64,000 nucleotides of DNA, from positions 1,216,001 through 1,280,000 of the forward strand of contig CAWDXG010000004.1 in assembly GCA_963806225.1 (NCBI GenBank). The letters are read 5' to 3'. Shown here in pieces: positions 9,608-20,901 of this stretch. The stretch is from an uncultured delta proteobacterium (GTDB lineage Bacteria > Myxococcota_A > Polyangia > Polyangiales > Polyangiaceae). The position numbers and the translations under genes were made by a program. The notes under the pieces are model-generated. The model saw nothing but the letters and a program-made list of their open reading frames with translations. It did not search any database and had not been told where the DNA came from. Within the stretch, counting starts at the first letter, position 1. The number at the start of each line of letters is the position of its first letter.

Positions 9608-11616
9608 CAGCGCGACTCCAGCGCCTTCACGATATCGGCCTGGTTGTTGTACTTGTCGGCGATGGAGCGCAGCTCGTCGCGCGTGAGCGGCGGCTGGCTA
9701 TCCGGCAGCGCGATCTCCACCTGCTGCTCGACCAGGGTGTAGGGCTTTTCATCGATGAAGGAGCGGAACTCGCAGTCCGGGGTCGACACCACCTTCGGCT
9801 CGTAGCCCGGATAGAACTCTGCCTGGATCCTGAGCGCCTTGATGCCGAGAATGACCCAGTAGCGGACCTGGTTGTGGGTGATATCGTGCTCGATCGGCGC
9901 GATCACGCGCGGGTCGCGGGCAATGTCAGGATCGCTGCGCCACTTGGTGATCCAGTCGCGCGCGAAGGCCTCGGCTTTCCCGATGTCGACGTCGCTCTCG
10001 CCGGGATCGAGCACGGGCTTCATGCCGATCGAGCGCGCCGAAACGGCGTACAGGCCGTACAGGAGCTCGATCTTCTGCGACAGCTCGTCGCCGAGCATCA
10101 CCGGCGAACGCGTTCCGTCCTCGGTCATGCGTCCGCTCGAATCCAGGAACGTCTGCCCCATGCTGGCGACCAGAACTCCCTGCAGGAAGCGATAGGCGCG
10201 AGCCGTGCGCAGATAGAAGGTCGGGAACGGCTCGACCGGGAGCTTCGGGTAGACGTCGACCTGCTTCTGCGGCATGTAACCGGACACGTCCGAGCTCGAG
10301 CCCGTTTCCAGCTGCTTCACGTGCGTCTCGCGGCGCTGCGTGATCAGCGACTTGAACGTCTCGACCAGCTTCTCCTTGTAGCGCTTGGTCAGGAACAGAT
10401 GGTCCTTCTCCGGCGCCTTCTCCGGCACCAGCAGCGTCTCCAGAGCATAGAGCTGGCGGTCGTACCAGCCGGAGTCCGGCTTGGGCGTCAGGTCGACCTG
10501 CCCCGACCGGATGCGATCGATCAGCACGTCGATCAGGTTCTGGTCCTGGGGGATCGCGACGTCGCAGTACAGATCGCGGAACAGCTTCGTTTCCGGGCTG
10601 TCGGAGGCCGGCAGAAACGCCAGGTGCGCCGCGCACTCGGGCGTGCCCTGCATCTCCGGATGCTGCGACTCGAAGGTGCTCTGGATCGACGACAGGTTGC
10701 CGAGCGCGCTCGCGTCAGGCACGAGAGGCGCGAGAGCGGTGGGCGGAAGGTGGAAGTACGGATTGGTCAGACCCGCGTACAGACCGAGCACGGACTTGTA
10801 CTGCTGCGTGATGGCAGGCGCGCCGTTCAGCGCCACCGCCGTCTCTGCGTACGGGCCGAAGCCGGGCCGCACACTGTCGTAGCTCTGCAGGAAGCGGTCG
10901 CGCCGGAAGATGCCGGAAAGCTCCTTGTTCCAGGTGTAGAAGCCGATCGCTCGCGAGGTGAGCGGGTCGGCATTGAACTTGGCGAGCAGCGACTGCGCCA
11001 GTGACGCAATGCCCGACGGCAGAGCCGGCGAGCCGCCCCCGGCGAGGATCGCCGCGCCAATCTGTGCAGCAGCGTCGCTGGCCAGCGGCTGCTCGGTCGC
11101 TGTGCCGCTCGAGGCTCGCGTGACGAGCTCCGCCAACAGATTCTTGAACAGGGCGGCCTTGTTGATGGGCGAACCATCGCTGCCGTCCTCGGCGGCGAGC
11201 TCGACAGCCGCGTACAGCCCGTCGTCGAACGGCTTGAGCGCGCCGTTGATGACCTCCATCGACGGCATCACGGGCCGCTGGCCGAGCGCGGTGAGCGCCG
11301 CGGTGCGGTTCCGGAAGATGCGGTCCTTCAGCGCGGCGTCGCTCTTCGCCCAGGGCAGCACGTCGAGCTTCGTGACCGAGGCGCTCTTGTTCAGCGTGAC
11401 CTCGCAGCCGTCGAAGTCCTCGGTGATGGTCAGATTCGGGTCGAAGACCGGGTGCTTGTCCTCGATCTTGTCGTCCGTGATGGCCGGAGGCTTCTTGGCG
11501 GTGGATTTCTGCGTGACCACCTCGTCCATGCCGAACACGTCGAGCGGGTTCGCGCACCCCGGCGAGAGCAGGACCACTGCACCGACAATCCCGATTCCGA
11601 CGAGCGAGACCCGCAT
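9607..11616 (-). CDS. Large lipoprotein, distantly DUF3160-like
   Basis: MRVSLVGIGIVGAVVLLSPG-C lipobox. Motifs SGWYDRQLYALETL, RETHVKQ and VEPFPTFY resemble DUF3160 blocks (from memory). Confidence 0.6.
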   Translation of the reverse strand: MRVSLVGIGIVGAVVLLSPGCANPLDVFGMDEVVTQKSTAKKPPAITDDKIEDKHPVFDPNLTITEDFDGCEVTLNKSASVTKLDVLPWAKSDAALKDRIFRNRTAALTALGQRPVMPSMEVINGALKPFDDGLYAAVELAAEDGSDGSPINKAALFKNLLAELVTRASSGTATEQPLASDAAAQIGAAILAGGGSPALPSGIASLAQSLLAKFNADPLTSRAIGFYTWNKELSGIFRRDRFLQSYDSVRPGFGPYAETAVALNGAPAITQQYKSVLGLYAGLTNPYFHLPPTALAPLVPDASALGNLSSIQSTFESQHPEMQGTPECAAHLAFLPASDSPETKLFRDLYCDVAIPQDQNLIDVLIDRIRSGQVDLTPKPDSGWYDRQLYALETLLVPEKAPEKDHLFLTKRYKEKLVETFKSLITQRRETHVKQLETGSSSDVSGYMPQKQVDVYPKLPVEPFPTFYLRTARAYRFLQGVLVASMGQTFLDSSGRMTEDGTRSPVMLGDELSQKIELLYGLYAVSARSIGMKPVLDPGESDVDIGKAEAFARDWITKWRSDPDIARDPRVIAPIEHDITHNQVRYWVILGIKALRIQAEFYPGYEPKVVSTPDCEFRSFIDEKPYTLVEQQVEIALPDSQPPLTRDELRSIADKYNNQADIVKALESR

Positions 11617-11701
11617 TGTCCGCCTCCCGAAAAGCAAGAGCGCGCAGCCGCGCGCCAAGGGGAAGTGTACCCCTCGGGAACGGGGGGTCAAACGCGAGCC
11701 G

Positions 11702-14309
11702 CTACAGCCGCTGCTTCAGCCTCGAGAGCAGCTGCAGCGCCTCGAGCGGCGTCAGGCGATCGATGTCGAGCTGGCGCAGGGTCTCGAGCACTTCGCCCTG
11801 GGCTTTCGTCCCCTCGGCAGGTGGCGCGAACAGATCGAGCTGGTTGTCGCTGACGCGGCGAGCGCGCGGGCGCCCCTCGGCGCTCGGCTCGGTGCCGGCG
11901 TGGCTGCCGCTCTCCAGCGCGGCGAGCACCGCGCGCGCGCGCGCCAGCACCGACTCCGGCAAGCCTGCCAGCCGCGCCACCGCGACGCCGTAGCTGCGGC
12001 TCGCCGCGCCCGGCACGAGCCGGTGCAGGAACACCACGTCGTCGCCGATCTCGCGCGCGCTGACGCTGTGGTTGGCGGCGTGCTCGCTGGCTTCCGCCAG
12101 GGCCGTGAGCTCGTGGTAGTGCGTGGCGAACAGGGCGCGCGCGGCGACGGCTTCGTCCAGGTACTCGGCGACGGCCCAGGCGATGGCCAGGCCGTCGAAG
12201 GTGCTCGTGCCGCGACCGATCTCGTCGAGGATGACCAGCGAGCGGCGCGTGGCCGAGCGCAGGATCTCCGCCGTCTCGCGCATCTCGACCATGAACGTGC
12301 TCTCGCCGCGCGCTAGGTTGTCGCTGGCGCCGACGCGCGAGAGCACGCGGTCGACCAGCCCGATGCGCGCCGTGCGCGCCGGCACGTAGCTGCCCATCTG
12401 CGCCAGGATCACCGTCAGCGCCACCTGCCGGAGCAGCGTGCTCTTGCCGGCCATGTTCGGCCCGGTCACGAGCCACAGGTGCTCGCCGCTGATCTCGAGC
12501 TTCACGTCGTTCGGCACGAAGCGCCCCGCCGCGGCCAGCCGCTCCACTACCGGGATGGCGCCCGTCGTGGATTTCCAGCAGCTCGCTGTCGTCGACCTCG
12601 GGGCGGCTAGTAGTCGTAGCGGTGCGCCACGTCGGCGAGCGACGCCGCCACGTCCCAGCGCGACAGCCGCGACGAGAGCGCCGCGATGCGCGCGTTCGCG
12701 GCGCCGGCGCGCCGCACCAGCTGCCGGATTAGCTCGAGCTCGCAGCTCGCGGTGCCGCTCCTCGGCGTGCGTGATGCGGTCGGCCAGGTCGTCGAGCTCG
12801 GTGCTGGTGTAGCGCTCACCCGCTGGCGACCGTCTGCTTGCGCCGCCAGTCCTCCGGCGCGCGCGAGAGCTGCGAGCGGCTGACCTCGATGTACCAGCCG
12901 AACACGCGCGTGTAGCGCACCTTGAGCGTGGCGATGCCGGTCGCTTCGCGCAGCCGCGCCTCGAGCTCGACCATGCGCTCGGCGCCGCTCTTCTTCAGCG
13001 CCGTCTTGCTCGTCCAGCTCCGCGTCGAAGCCCTGGCAGAACACGCCGCCGTCCTTGGGCTGCGCCGGAGGGCGCTCCACCAGCGCGCGCGCGAATTCGT
13101 CAGCCAGGTCGTCGACGGTGTCGACGGCCTCCCCGCCGAGGCCGAGCGTCTCGCGCGACGCCGCGATCCTCGACTGCGTCGAGCAACGCGACCGTCTGCC
13201 GCGCCGCGATCAGGCCGTCGCGCAGCGCGCCGAGGTCGCGCGGGTTCGCTTCGCCCAGCTTCGCGCGCGTGGCCAGCCGCTCCAGATCGCCGATGCCGCC
13301 GAGCAGTCCGCGCAGCTCGTCGCGCAGGCGCGGGTTGATCACGAACAGCTCGACCAGATCCAGCCGGCGGCGGATGCGCTCCACATCGAGCAGAGGCGCG
13401 AGCAGACGGCGGCGGAGCAGCCGCGCGCCGGCAGGTGTCTTCGTGGCATCGATGGCGCCGAGCAGGGTCGTCTCGCGCGCGCCGGACATCGACTGGACCA
13501 GCTCCAGGTGCTCCTGGGCGGTCGGGATCGATGAGCACGAGATCCGGACGGATCCCAGCTCGCGATGCGGCGAACCGGCAGCTCCGCGCCCGGGTTGCAC
13601 GCCGCGGCGAAGCGCAGCGCGCGGGCCGCCGCCAGCCGGGCGGGTTCCGCAATCCCGACGGCGTCCGCGGCGAGCGTCGCCCAGGGCCTGCTCCACCTCG
13701 CTCTGCGTCCAGCGTGGCGTCCTGCCGGACTGCGGCTCGCGGCAGCGCGCCAGCGATGTGCTCGCCTTCGTCCCAGTCGGCGGGAACGAGCACCTCGCGT
13801 GGCGCAGCGCGGGACAGCTCGCCGAGCAGGGCCGCCGGATCCGGCAGCGCCGCCGCGCGGAGCTCCCCGGTGGAGAGGTCGAGCAGCGCAACGCCCACGC
13901 CGCCTTCGCCCGGCTCCACAGCCGCCAGCCAGTTGTTCTTCGACGCATCGAGCTGCTCGCGCTCGGTGATGAGCCCGGGCGTGATCACGCGCACCACCTC
14001 GCGCGGCACGATGCCCTTCACTTTGGACGGGTCGGCCATCTGCTCGCAAATGGCGACCTTGTGCCCGAGCTCGAGCAGCCGCGCGATGTAGCCGTGCGCC
14101 GCGTGGTGCGGCACGCCCGCCATCGGGATTTCGTCCTTCTTGCCCTTGTTGCGGCTGGTCAGCGTGAGATCGAGCAGCCGCGCGGCGAGCACCGCGTCGT
14201 CTTCGAACATCTCGTAGAAGTCGCCCATCCTGAAGAACAGGATGGAGTCCGGGTACGCACGCTTCGCCTCGGCGAACTGCTGCATCACCGGCGTCTTGCG
14301 CCCAGCCAT
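11702..14309 (-). CDS. mutS: DNA mismatch repair protein MutS (about ten frameshifts between ~12550 and ~13720)
   Basis: [69 protein letters not shown]. The middle is split over ORFs 12816-14309, 13339-14049, 13100-13948 and 12607-13080. Confidence 0.95.
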
Positions 14310-14312
14310 CAG

Positions 14313-17271
14313 CTAATAATACAGATGGCTGACGGCGACGGAGTCCAGGCTGACGAGCGCGAGCCCTTCAGCGGCTCCATCCGCCACCGCCAGCTGGCCG
14401 ATCTGCGGGACGAACACCATCGAGAGCGGAGTCGACCGACGTGGTCTGCGAAGTCAGGTTCGCCACCAGCGGGGAGAAGCCGCCGCTCGTCGTCCACCCG
14501 AACGACATGTCGCGCTCGGAAGGTGCGTCGCCGCGATACACGGCGAAGCGGGCGTTCAGGCTGCTGAACACGCAGGCGTTGTCGGGCTTGACCGGCACGC
14601 TGTCGACGACGCACCCGAGCACGGGACAGTCGGAGGGCGCGTCCTTCTGGTTGCACTTGTCGGCCTGCGCCTTGGTGGCGATCTCGAATGCGCGCCCCTT
14701 GAGCAACGCGCGCCGCGGATTGCAGTCGGGAACGCAGCGCCCGTCGGAGGCGGTGGTCATGTGGTGGCGGAAACCCGACTTGCTACCGGTCAGTATCCAC
14801 TGGCGGCCGCCGCGGATCGTGTACTTCTGCTCCGCCGGCAAGCAGCAGCGTATCGTGCTCAGGGTCACGCCCTTGCCGCTGGGTTCGACGACCAGGTGGT
14901 CAGTGTAGGCCTCGCGAATCGTGAGGTCCCTGGCCAGGGTCGGCACGTCGGGCGTTCCGAACGCGCCCACGCAGTTGAAGTGGCCGTTGGACTCCCCGCC
15001 GCATTCCTTCGCCGCGTCCGTCTTCCAGTACGAGTCACCGCTGTCCGGCACGGCACTCTCGAGCTGCACGTAGTCCGCGTGGTTCAGCGCGAATCGGTCG
15101 AGGCTCTGGGTCACGCCCAGCGTGTTCTTCGCGTAGGCCTTCGTCGCGTCGTAGTCCTCGACGCCGCGGTCGCAGAAGAAGGCCCCCGGGTCACTGAAAT
15201 CTGGCGCCGACAGTGCGAGGACGCCGGAGTTGCGGTCACCCATGATCGGCCCCTCGAAAGTCAGCGTGAAGTCCTCCCTGGCCGCATACGCGCGCGGTTC
15301 ATTGAACGGCAGCACCAGCGAGTCGTTCTCCGCCGTGGCCGGATCGATATCGAGAGGGTTCTTGGCATCGCCGCGCTTCACGTAGGTCGACCCGATGAAT
15401 GCCTGCGCCGGCGCAGAGGGTCCGAAGTCCACACCGAGCAACCGGGGCGGCGCTCCCTCGGGCGGCGCGCTGCCCTGAGGCGTGTGCAGGCGCGGGTAGG
15501 ACCTGAGCGCCGGAGCGCGCACGCCCGTGCTGGAGTCCGCCAGGACGAAGTTGGCGCTCCGCGTGCGGTGCCGCTCGACCACATTGCAGCTCGCCTCGTC
15601 CGACACCGTCGGCGTGGGGTTGGCGCCGCTGCCCGTCTGGTAGCCTGCGATGCTCTGCGGGTCGCCGGCGCAGCCGCGGAAGTCCGGCGTGGAAGAGTGG
15701 TTGGCTTCCACCGGCCGCCGGCAGCGGGCGTCGAAGTCGTCCTCGTCGATCACGGCGATCTGACCGCTGGACAGCATCACGAACCCGAACACGCCCCTGA
15801 GCTTGCGGGGAGACGCGCCGCTGGAGAGATCGCTCGAGGTGCGATAGCTGGCGGCGACCGAATCGGTCGGGATCGACGGATCTGGATTGCACTCCTGCCC
15901 GATCTGGGCCACCCCGGTCTTTGGATCCGGAGTGGGCACGTCGCGCAGCGCAAACGTGATGTCCCGGGCAGGAGACGAGAACGCGAGCCTGTCAGGTGCC
16001 TCGAACGGCAGCCACGGCGAGCCCGGCCGCACGATGGGCGTGCGATCCGACGAACCGGGGCTCACGTCGAAGATCATGACGCTGCCGTCCATCTCGTCGA
16101 TCGCATACGCGAAACGTTTGTTGTCCGTGGTCAGCGGGCTCACCGCCACACGGCTCGTCGTCACGACGCGCCCCGGCGAATCGAAGGACTCGGGCAGGAG
16201 CGGCGGCTCTTCGCTGACGTTGCAAGGATCGGAAACGTCGAAGACGTGCACCACCGGAGCGCCCTCGTCGGCCACGTAGAGCTTCTTTCCGGAAACCGCA
16301 AAACCGGCGGGACGGGTCAGGTAGCTCTGCGACGGCGGTCCGTAGTTGAGATCCGGCGGGGTGCAGCCCGCCTTCTGCAGATCGGGAGGCAGCGGCTGCT
16401 TGATGTCCGACGCGGGTAGGTCGACCTTCGGGTGGATGCGCCGCTCGACGGGGCATGCACCGAAGCTCCCGGGCGGACGGTCCAGCAGCTGCTGCGCGTC
16501 GATGATATCGATCTCGCCCAGCTTGGGCAGCGCCACGGCCAGCTTGCGACGCCCCGGCGGGTTCGTCTCCAGGGCGAGATCGGCCGCGCACTCGCCGCGC
16601 GTGGCGGCAACCGCCTGGCCCACCGCCCCTGCGTCGTCCGTGTAGGGCGCGGCGCAGCTCACCCGCTCGCGCGGCGGAGTGGCCGGATTGTTGTCGTCGT
16701 CCTTCGGCGGATCGACAAGGATCGCCATGCTGCCGGGAGCGCTGGGAAGCTTGCACGCGGGCCAGCTCGTCAGATCGCGGACCTGCTCGTAGCCGCCGTC
16801 GGACTTCCTCTGCGGCCGCCCGACGCAGCTCGAGGGCAGCGCGTAGATGCCCTGCTTGCCGGCCTCGGCCACACCGACGAACGTCGCCACGCCGCCCGGC
16901 GTCGAGACGATGTTGACCGGGTTCGCTCCCACTGGCAGGAAGCTGAAGCCCGGGGTCGACGGGTCCACGTCGACCACGTTGCCGGCGGTCAGGTCAACCA
17001 CGGCGACCTCGCCGCGCAGCGTCTGCGTCACCAGAGCCAGCAGCCGGTTCGCCCCCGCGGCGTAGTCCGGGCAGTCGTTGATGTCGCGCCCCTGGCCGTC
17101 CGGACCGACGCACACGAAGGACACGGCGCCGCTGCGCTCGAGCGACCGGAGCGGCTGCGTCACCGGCGTCTGCGAACAGCCGCCCAGTGCGACCGCGGCA
17201 GCGGCGAAAGCGAGTACCAGGCCAAACGCCGCCCGGCCCGGAAGGGTGCGCTCTGGAAAGGTGACGCTCAC
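14313..17271 (-). CDS. Large Cys-rich beta-propeller-like lipoprotein (frameshift near 14430)
   Basis: GTG start overlaps the upstream stop (GTGA). Lipobox ALGG-C. The C-terminus PLSMVFVPQIGQLAVADGAAEGLALVSLDSVAVSHLYY* is in a shifted frame and ends 3 bp before mutS. Confidence 0.75.
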
Positions 17272-19025
17272 TTCGATGCCCTCGGCGCCTTCGGATTGCC
17301 GATGGTCATGATGATCTGCCCGTAGGTGGGGTGTTGTTGATCCAGGTCGATCATCCCGATGTACGAGTCGGTGAAATGGCCGACGAAGCCATAGGCATAC
17401 CCGGGTGCGTCCTGCGACGGGTCCACGCCGGGCGCCTGCGGTTCGATGTCCACGGCGAATGCATGCGGGCCACGGCCGGTCTCGATCCACTTCTCGATGG
17501 TGTCTGTGTCGGGGTTGTAGATGCCGATGCGGCGCGAGTCGAAACACACGACGAACACCCGACGTTCCCTGAGACCGGTCGGTCCGATGACATCGCCCAC
17601 CAGGACCCGTGACGGCCCGAAAGGCAGCGGCACGGAACGGTAGAAGTGGGGCAGATCATCGCTGGAGGTGGCGCTCGCGTTCGTGCGCGTCTGTCCCACG
17701 AGCAGGCTCGAGGGAGTGCGGTTGGCGACGTAGATGCCCAGCGGGATGCCGGCGCAGCTCTTCAGGCAGTCGAACGCCGCGGCTCCCCCGCCCGTCTTGA
17801 TGTCGCAGCGCCGCTCGCAGGCCTGGCGTCTCGAAGCGTCGATCGCGATGCCGCGCGAATCGAAGCTCACCGAATTCGCCGTGACATCGACCGAGCCGGA
17901 CTGCTGGATGAAGGGACGCGCCGGATTGTTCGGCTGGCCGTTGGAGGCGTACTGGTCGCTGTAGTACCGGAACAGCCCGATCTGGGCGGCGTCGCGGTAC
18001 GTCACCAGGAAGCCCGGCTGGTAATTGGTGGCGCTTCCCGTCGCGGGGTCCGGCACCGTCACCATCTCCGGCTCCGGCACCTCCGCGATGCCGATGGGGC
18101 GGCTCGGCATGTTGCCGACGATGAACTCCAGCTTCGGGCCCGTGCCGAAGCTGGTGGTGCCGTTGCCCCAGCTAGATGCGTCGTTGACGAACAGCGAGAC
18201 CTTGCCCTCGGTCTGGTGGGTGACGGCGATGGCTTCGCCGTCCGGCGTCGCCGCGATACCGAAAGGCTCGGTCGGCAGCCGGAGCCCCCGAGTGTTTTCC
18301 TGATCCGGATTGTCGCCCACGCGATGCTGGTCGTCGCAGCGTCCGTTGTTGTTCCGCTGCCCGCATTCCAGTTCGAAGCTGGTGTGCTGGGCCTTTTCGT
18401 CGTCGTCGACCTCGACGTAGTGCAGCGTCGCGTCACCCCGAACGGGGATGAACAGGCGTCCGCCGGGCTGCGGGTTGCCCTGCGCATCGGCCGGGCGCGG
18501 GATGTACAGCACGTCGGTGGCGAACGCGCCGATGCCGACGCTGGCAACCACAACCGGACTTCCCCCGTCCTGCGGATGGACGGGGTCGAGGTGACCGCAA
18601 CGGCCCGGTTCCAGCACGCGGTGCGCGGGGCTCTTGTCCCCAAGCGCCCCGCACGGCCTGCCCGCCCAGGGGCCGCTGCTGTCGACGCACCAATGGCTCG
18701 GCGCGCCCGCGTTCTGGTCGGTAGGGGCGAGGTCGCAGCGCTGGCTTGTCCCGCAATCGGCGTCGGACGTGCAGTAGTGTGGCGCCAGCGCGCGCAACCG
18801 GTCGAGATCGTACGCCTGCAGCGAGCCCGCGTTGTACTGCAGGTCGAAATCGCTGTTGGCCACGTACAGCCGGGTGGCTCCCGGGCTCACGGCCATGCCG
18901 ACCGGGAAGTAGATGCTGTCGAGCGGCGGATCAACGCCGTGCCCCGGTGAGTAACAACCGGATGCGGCCGCAACGAGCACCGCGGCGAGTGCTCCCTGGG
19001 TCAACCTTCGGAAAAACGCCGCCAT
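17268..19025 (-). CDS. YncE/YVTN-like beta-propeller lipoprotein
   Basis: Lipobox ASG-C. Blade-like motifs YFPVGMAVSP..LYVANSDFDL, EPFGIAATPDG, TGRGPHAFAVD. Confidence 0.75.
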   Translation of the reverse strand: MAAFFRRLTQGALAAVLVAAASGCYSPGHGVDPPLDSIYFPVGMAVSPGATRLYVANSDFDLQYNAGSLQAYDLDRLRALAPHYCTSDADCGTSQRCDLAPTDQNAGAPSHWCVDSSGPWAGRPCGALGDKSPAHRVLEPGRCGHLDPVHPQDGGSPVVVASVGIGAFATDVLYIPRPADAQGNPQPGGRLFIPVRGDATLHYVEVDDDEKAQHTSFELECGQRNNNGRCDDQHRVGDNPDQENTRGLRLPTEPFGIAATPDGEAIAVTHQTEGKVSLFVNDASSWGNGTTSFGTGPKLEFIVGNMPSRPIGIAEVPEPEMVTVPDPATGSATNYQPGFLVTYRDAAQIGLFRYYSDQYASNGQPNNPARPFIQQSGSVDVTANSVSFDSRGIAIDASRRQACERRCDIKTGGGAAAFDCLKSCAGIPLGIYVANRTPSSLLVGQTRTNASATSSDDLPHFYRSVPLPFGPSRVLVGDVIGPTGLRERRVFVVCFDSRRIGIYNPDTDTIEKWIETGRGPHAFAVDIEPQAPGVDPSQDAPGYAYGFVGHFTDSYIGMIDLDQQHPTYGQIIMTIGNPKAPRASK

Positions 19026-19198
19026 CGGGCGGCGGAGCCTAGTACATCGAGGCCGACAACGCGACGCGAGTTCCGGGCGCTTCCCCGGCCCACGCCGCGT
19101 CAGGCTCGAGGCGCGCAGCTCGGCCTCACGGCGACGAGTTCCGGACGGGCCCGGAGCCCGGCAAACTCTCGCCGTTCTATTGGGGGGGGTGGTATCAG

Positions 19199-19375
19199 CT
19201 AGGCGAGATCGAGGATCACGACGCCGCGCTCGACTGGCTCCTCGTCCTCGGTGGGCTCGGGGGCCGGCCGGTGCGTGTCGAGAGGCAACTCCAGACGCGG
19301 CCGTTCGCCTTGGTGGCGATGGAGCTCGTCTTCCTCACGACGCCGGATCTGGTCGATGATAAATGGAGGGAGCAT
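19199..19375 (-). CDS. Small (58 aa) hypothetical protein
   Basis: MLPPFIIDQIRRREED...RPRLELPL...ERGVVILDLA, with a GAGG RBS-like site upstream. Resembles small conserved myxobacterial proteins. Confidence 0.6.
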   Translation of the reverse strand: MLPPFIIDQIRRREEDELHRHQGERPRLELPLDTHRPAPEPTEDEEPVERGVVILDLA

Positions 19376-19567
19376 TTGCAGCCTCGCTTTCGGGGGGTCC
19401 GCAGCCTGCAAAGCTGGAACTACTCGCTAATTTAGCGACACCCCGCGAAGGGTCAAGTTCAGTAGATCCCGAGCATTGATCAACACTTGCGCACCTCCGC
19501 CCACGGCCCGGCGGCCGGATCGCCAGCTTGCCGGCCGGAGCGCGCTGGCGTGCTAGCTTGCCCCTCG

Positions 19568-20901
19568 ATGCGCGCCCACGCGCGGCTCGGCTGTTTTGCG
19601 CTCCTCTGGCTGGCCTGCGTGCTCGTCGCGGTACCGGCACAGGCAGCGTTCGGATACCACGACAAGAGCTGGCAGGGCACGAGCGAGCTTCTCGCCATCG
19701 CGCAGAACAAACTCGGCAAGGACCGCGTGCGCGTGGTCGAGAAGCTCGACTACGACGAGCTGAAGCCGGCCGACGGCGTCATCGTGCTGCATCCGGTGGT
19801 GCAACTCGACTACCAGGACATCAGCGCGTTCCTCCGGGCCGGCGGGCGCCTGGCAGTGCTGGACGACTACGGCACGGCCGCACCGCTGCTCGAGCACTTC
19901 CACATCCACCGCATCCCGGCTCCGACCCACCCGGCAGAGATGCTGCGGCACAATCCCGAGCTCGCGATTGCGGTACCGGCCGTACAGCAGGTCGCCGGCT
20001 ACGAGCAGGGACGCCATCCGGTCGTGGCCAAGGTGCAGAAACTAGTCACCAACCACCCGACCGCGCTCGTCCACCCGAACCTGACGCCGGTCCTCACCAT
20101 CCCCGCTGTCGGCGAACCCGACGCCACGCTGGCGGTCACCGGCATCATCGTCAACCGGGGCCGGCTGTTCGCGATGGGCGATCCCTCCGCTGTCATCAAC
20201 CTGATGCTGCGCTATCCGGGCAACCGGGCGTTCACCGAGGGTCTGATCGACTACCTGCTGGAGGACGACACCTGGGGACGGCGCGAGCGGCACGCTTGTA
20301 TCTGCTTGCCGGGCGCTTCGAGCAGAGCGGCCACTACGGCGGCGGCAGCACCCTGGCGCAGGATCTCCACGACTACCTGGGGGGCTTTCTGCAAATGCTC
20401 GGCGACGTGCACCGCGATGGTCTACCCGACACCCTGGCGCTGATCCTCGCCTCACTGGTCTCCCTGGGCGGCCTGGCGTGGGTGGGTCTGGTCTCCACGC
20501 GGCCCTACCGGCGCAGGACGCCGCGCTACGCCGCCGCCACGCCGTTGGTCGCCCAGGGCGGGGTCGCCGGCCGCGCCGCGGTGCTCGCCGCCCCGACGAC
20601 CCACCGCGGGCTCGCACTGCTGGAGCTCAAGAGCGCCCTGGAAGAAGGCCTGGTCCACCGCCTGGGGCTCGACTCGCGCGTGGCGACGGCTACTCTCCTG
20701 TCCGAGATCGATCGACAGAACGCGCTCAGTCGGCGATCGTCCGGAGAGCTCAAGCAGATGCTGGACGAGTTGAAAAGGGTCGAGGCATCCGTCACGGCGT
20801 CGCAGCCGGTCCGGGTGAAGCAGCGCGACGTCGAACGAATCCAGAAGCGCGTGCTCGCCATCCTCGCCGAAGTCGACGAACATCTCGGGAGCACGCGGTG
20901 A
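19568..20901 (+). CDS. DUF4350-like membrane-anchored secreted protein (frameshift near 20290)
   Basis: Signal peptide, FLRAGGRLAVLDD, GDPSAVINLMLRYPGN. The TM helix and C-terminus are in ORF 19528-20901. Stop overlaps the MoxR start. Confidence 0.75.

Noticed and set aside
5930..9742. Very long alternative-frame ORFs (1270 aa and 950 aa here, and similar ones at 48090-50102 and 59613-62096)
   Set aside because: These are Arg/Ala/Gly-rich shadow frames expected in high-GC DNA, overlapping well-supported genes. Only the 3' part of 48090-50102 (DUF1641) is real.
19061..19190. Short direct repeat gcgacg(cg)agttccgg and a G8 run
   Set aside because: Only two short imperfect copies in intergenic GC-rich DNA, with no supportable function.
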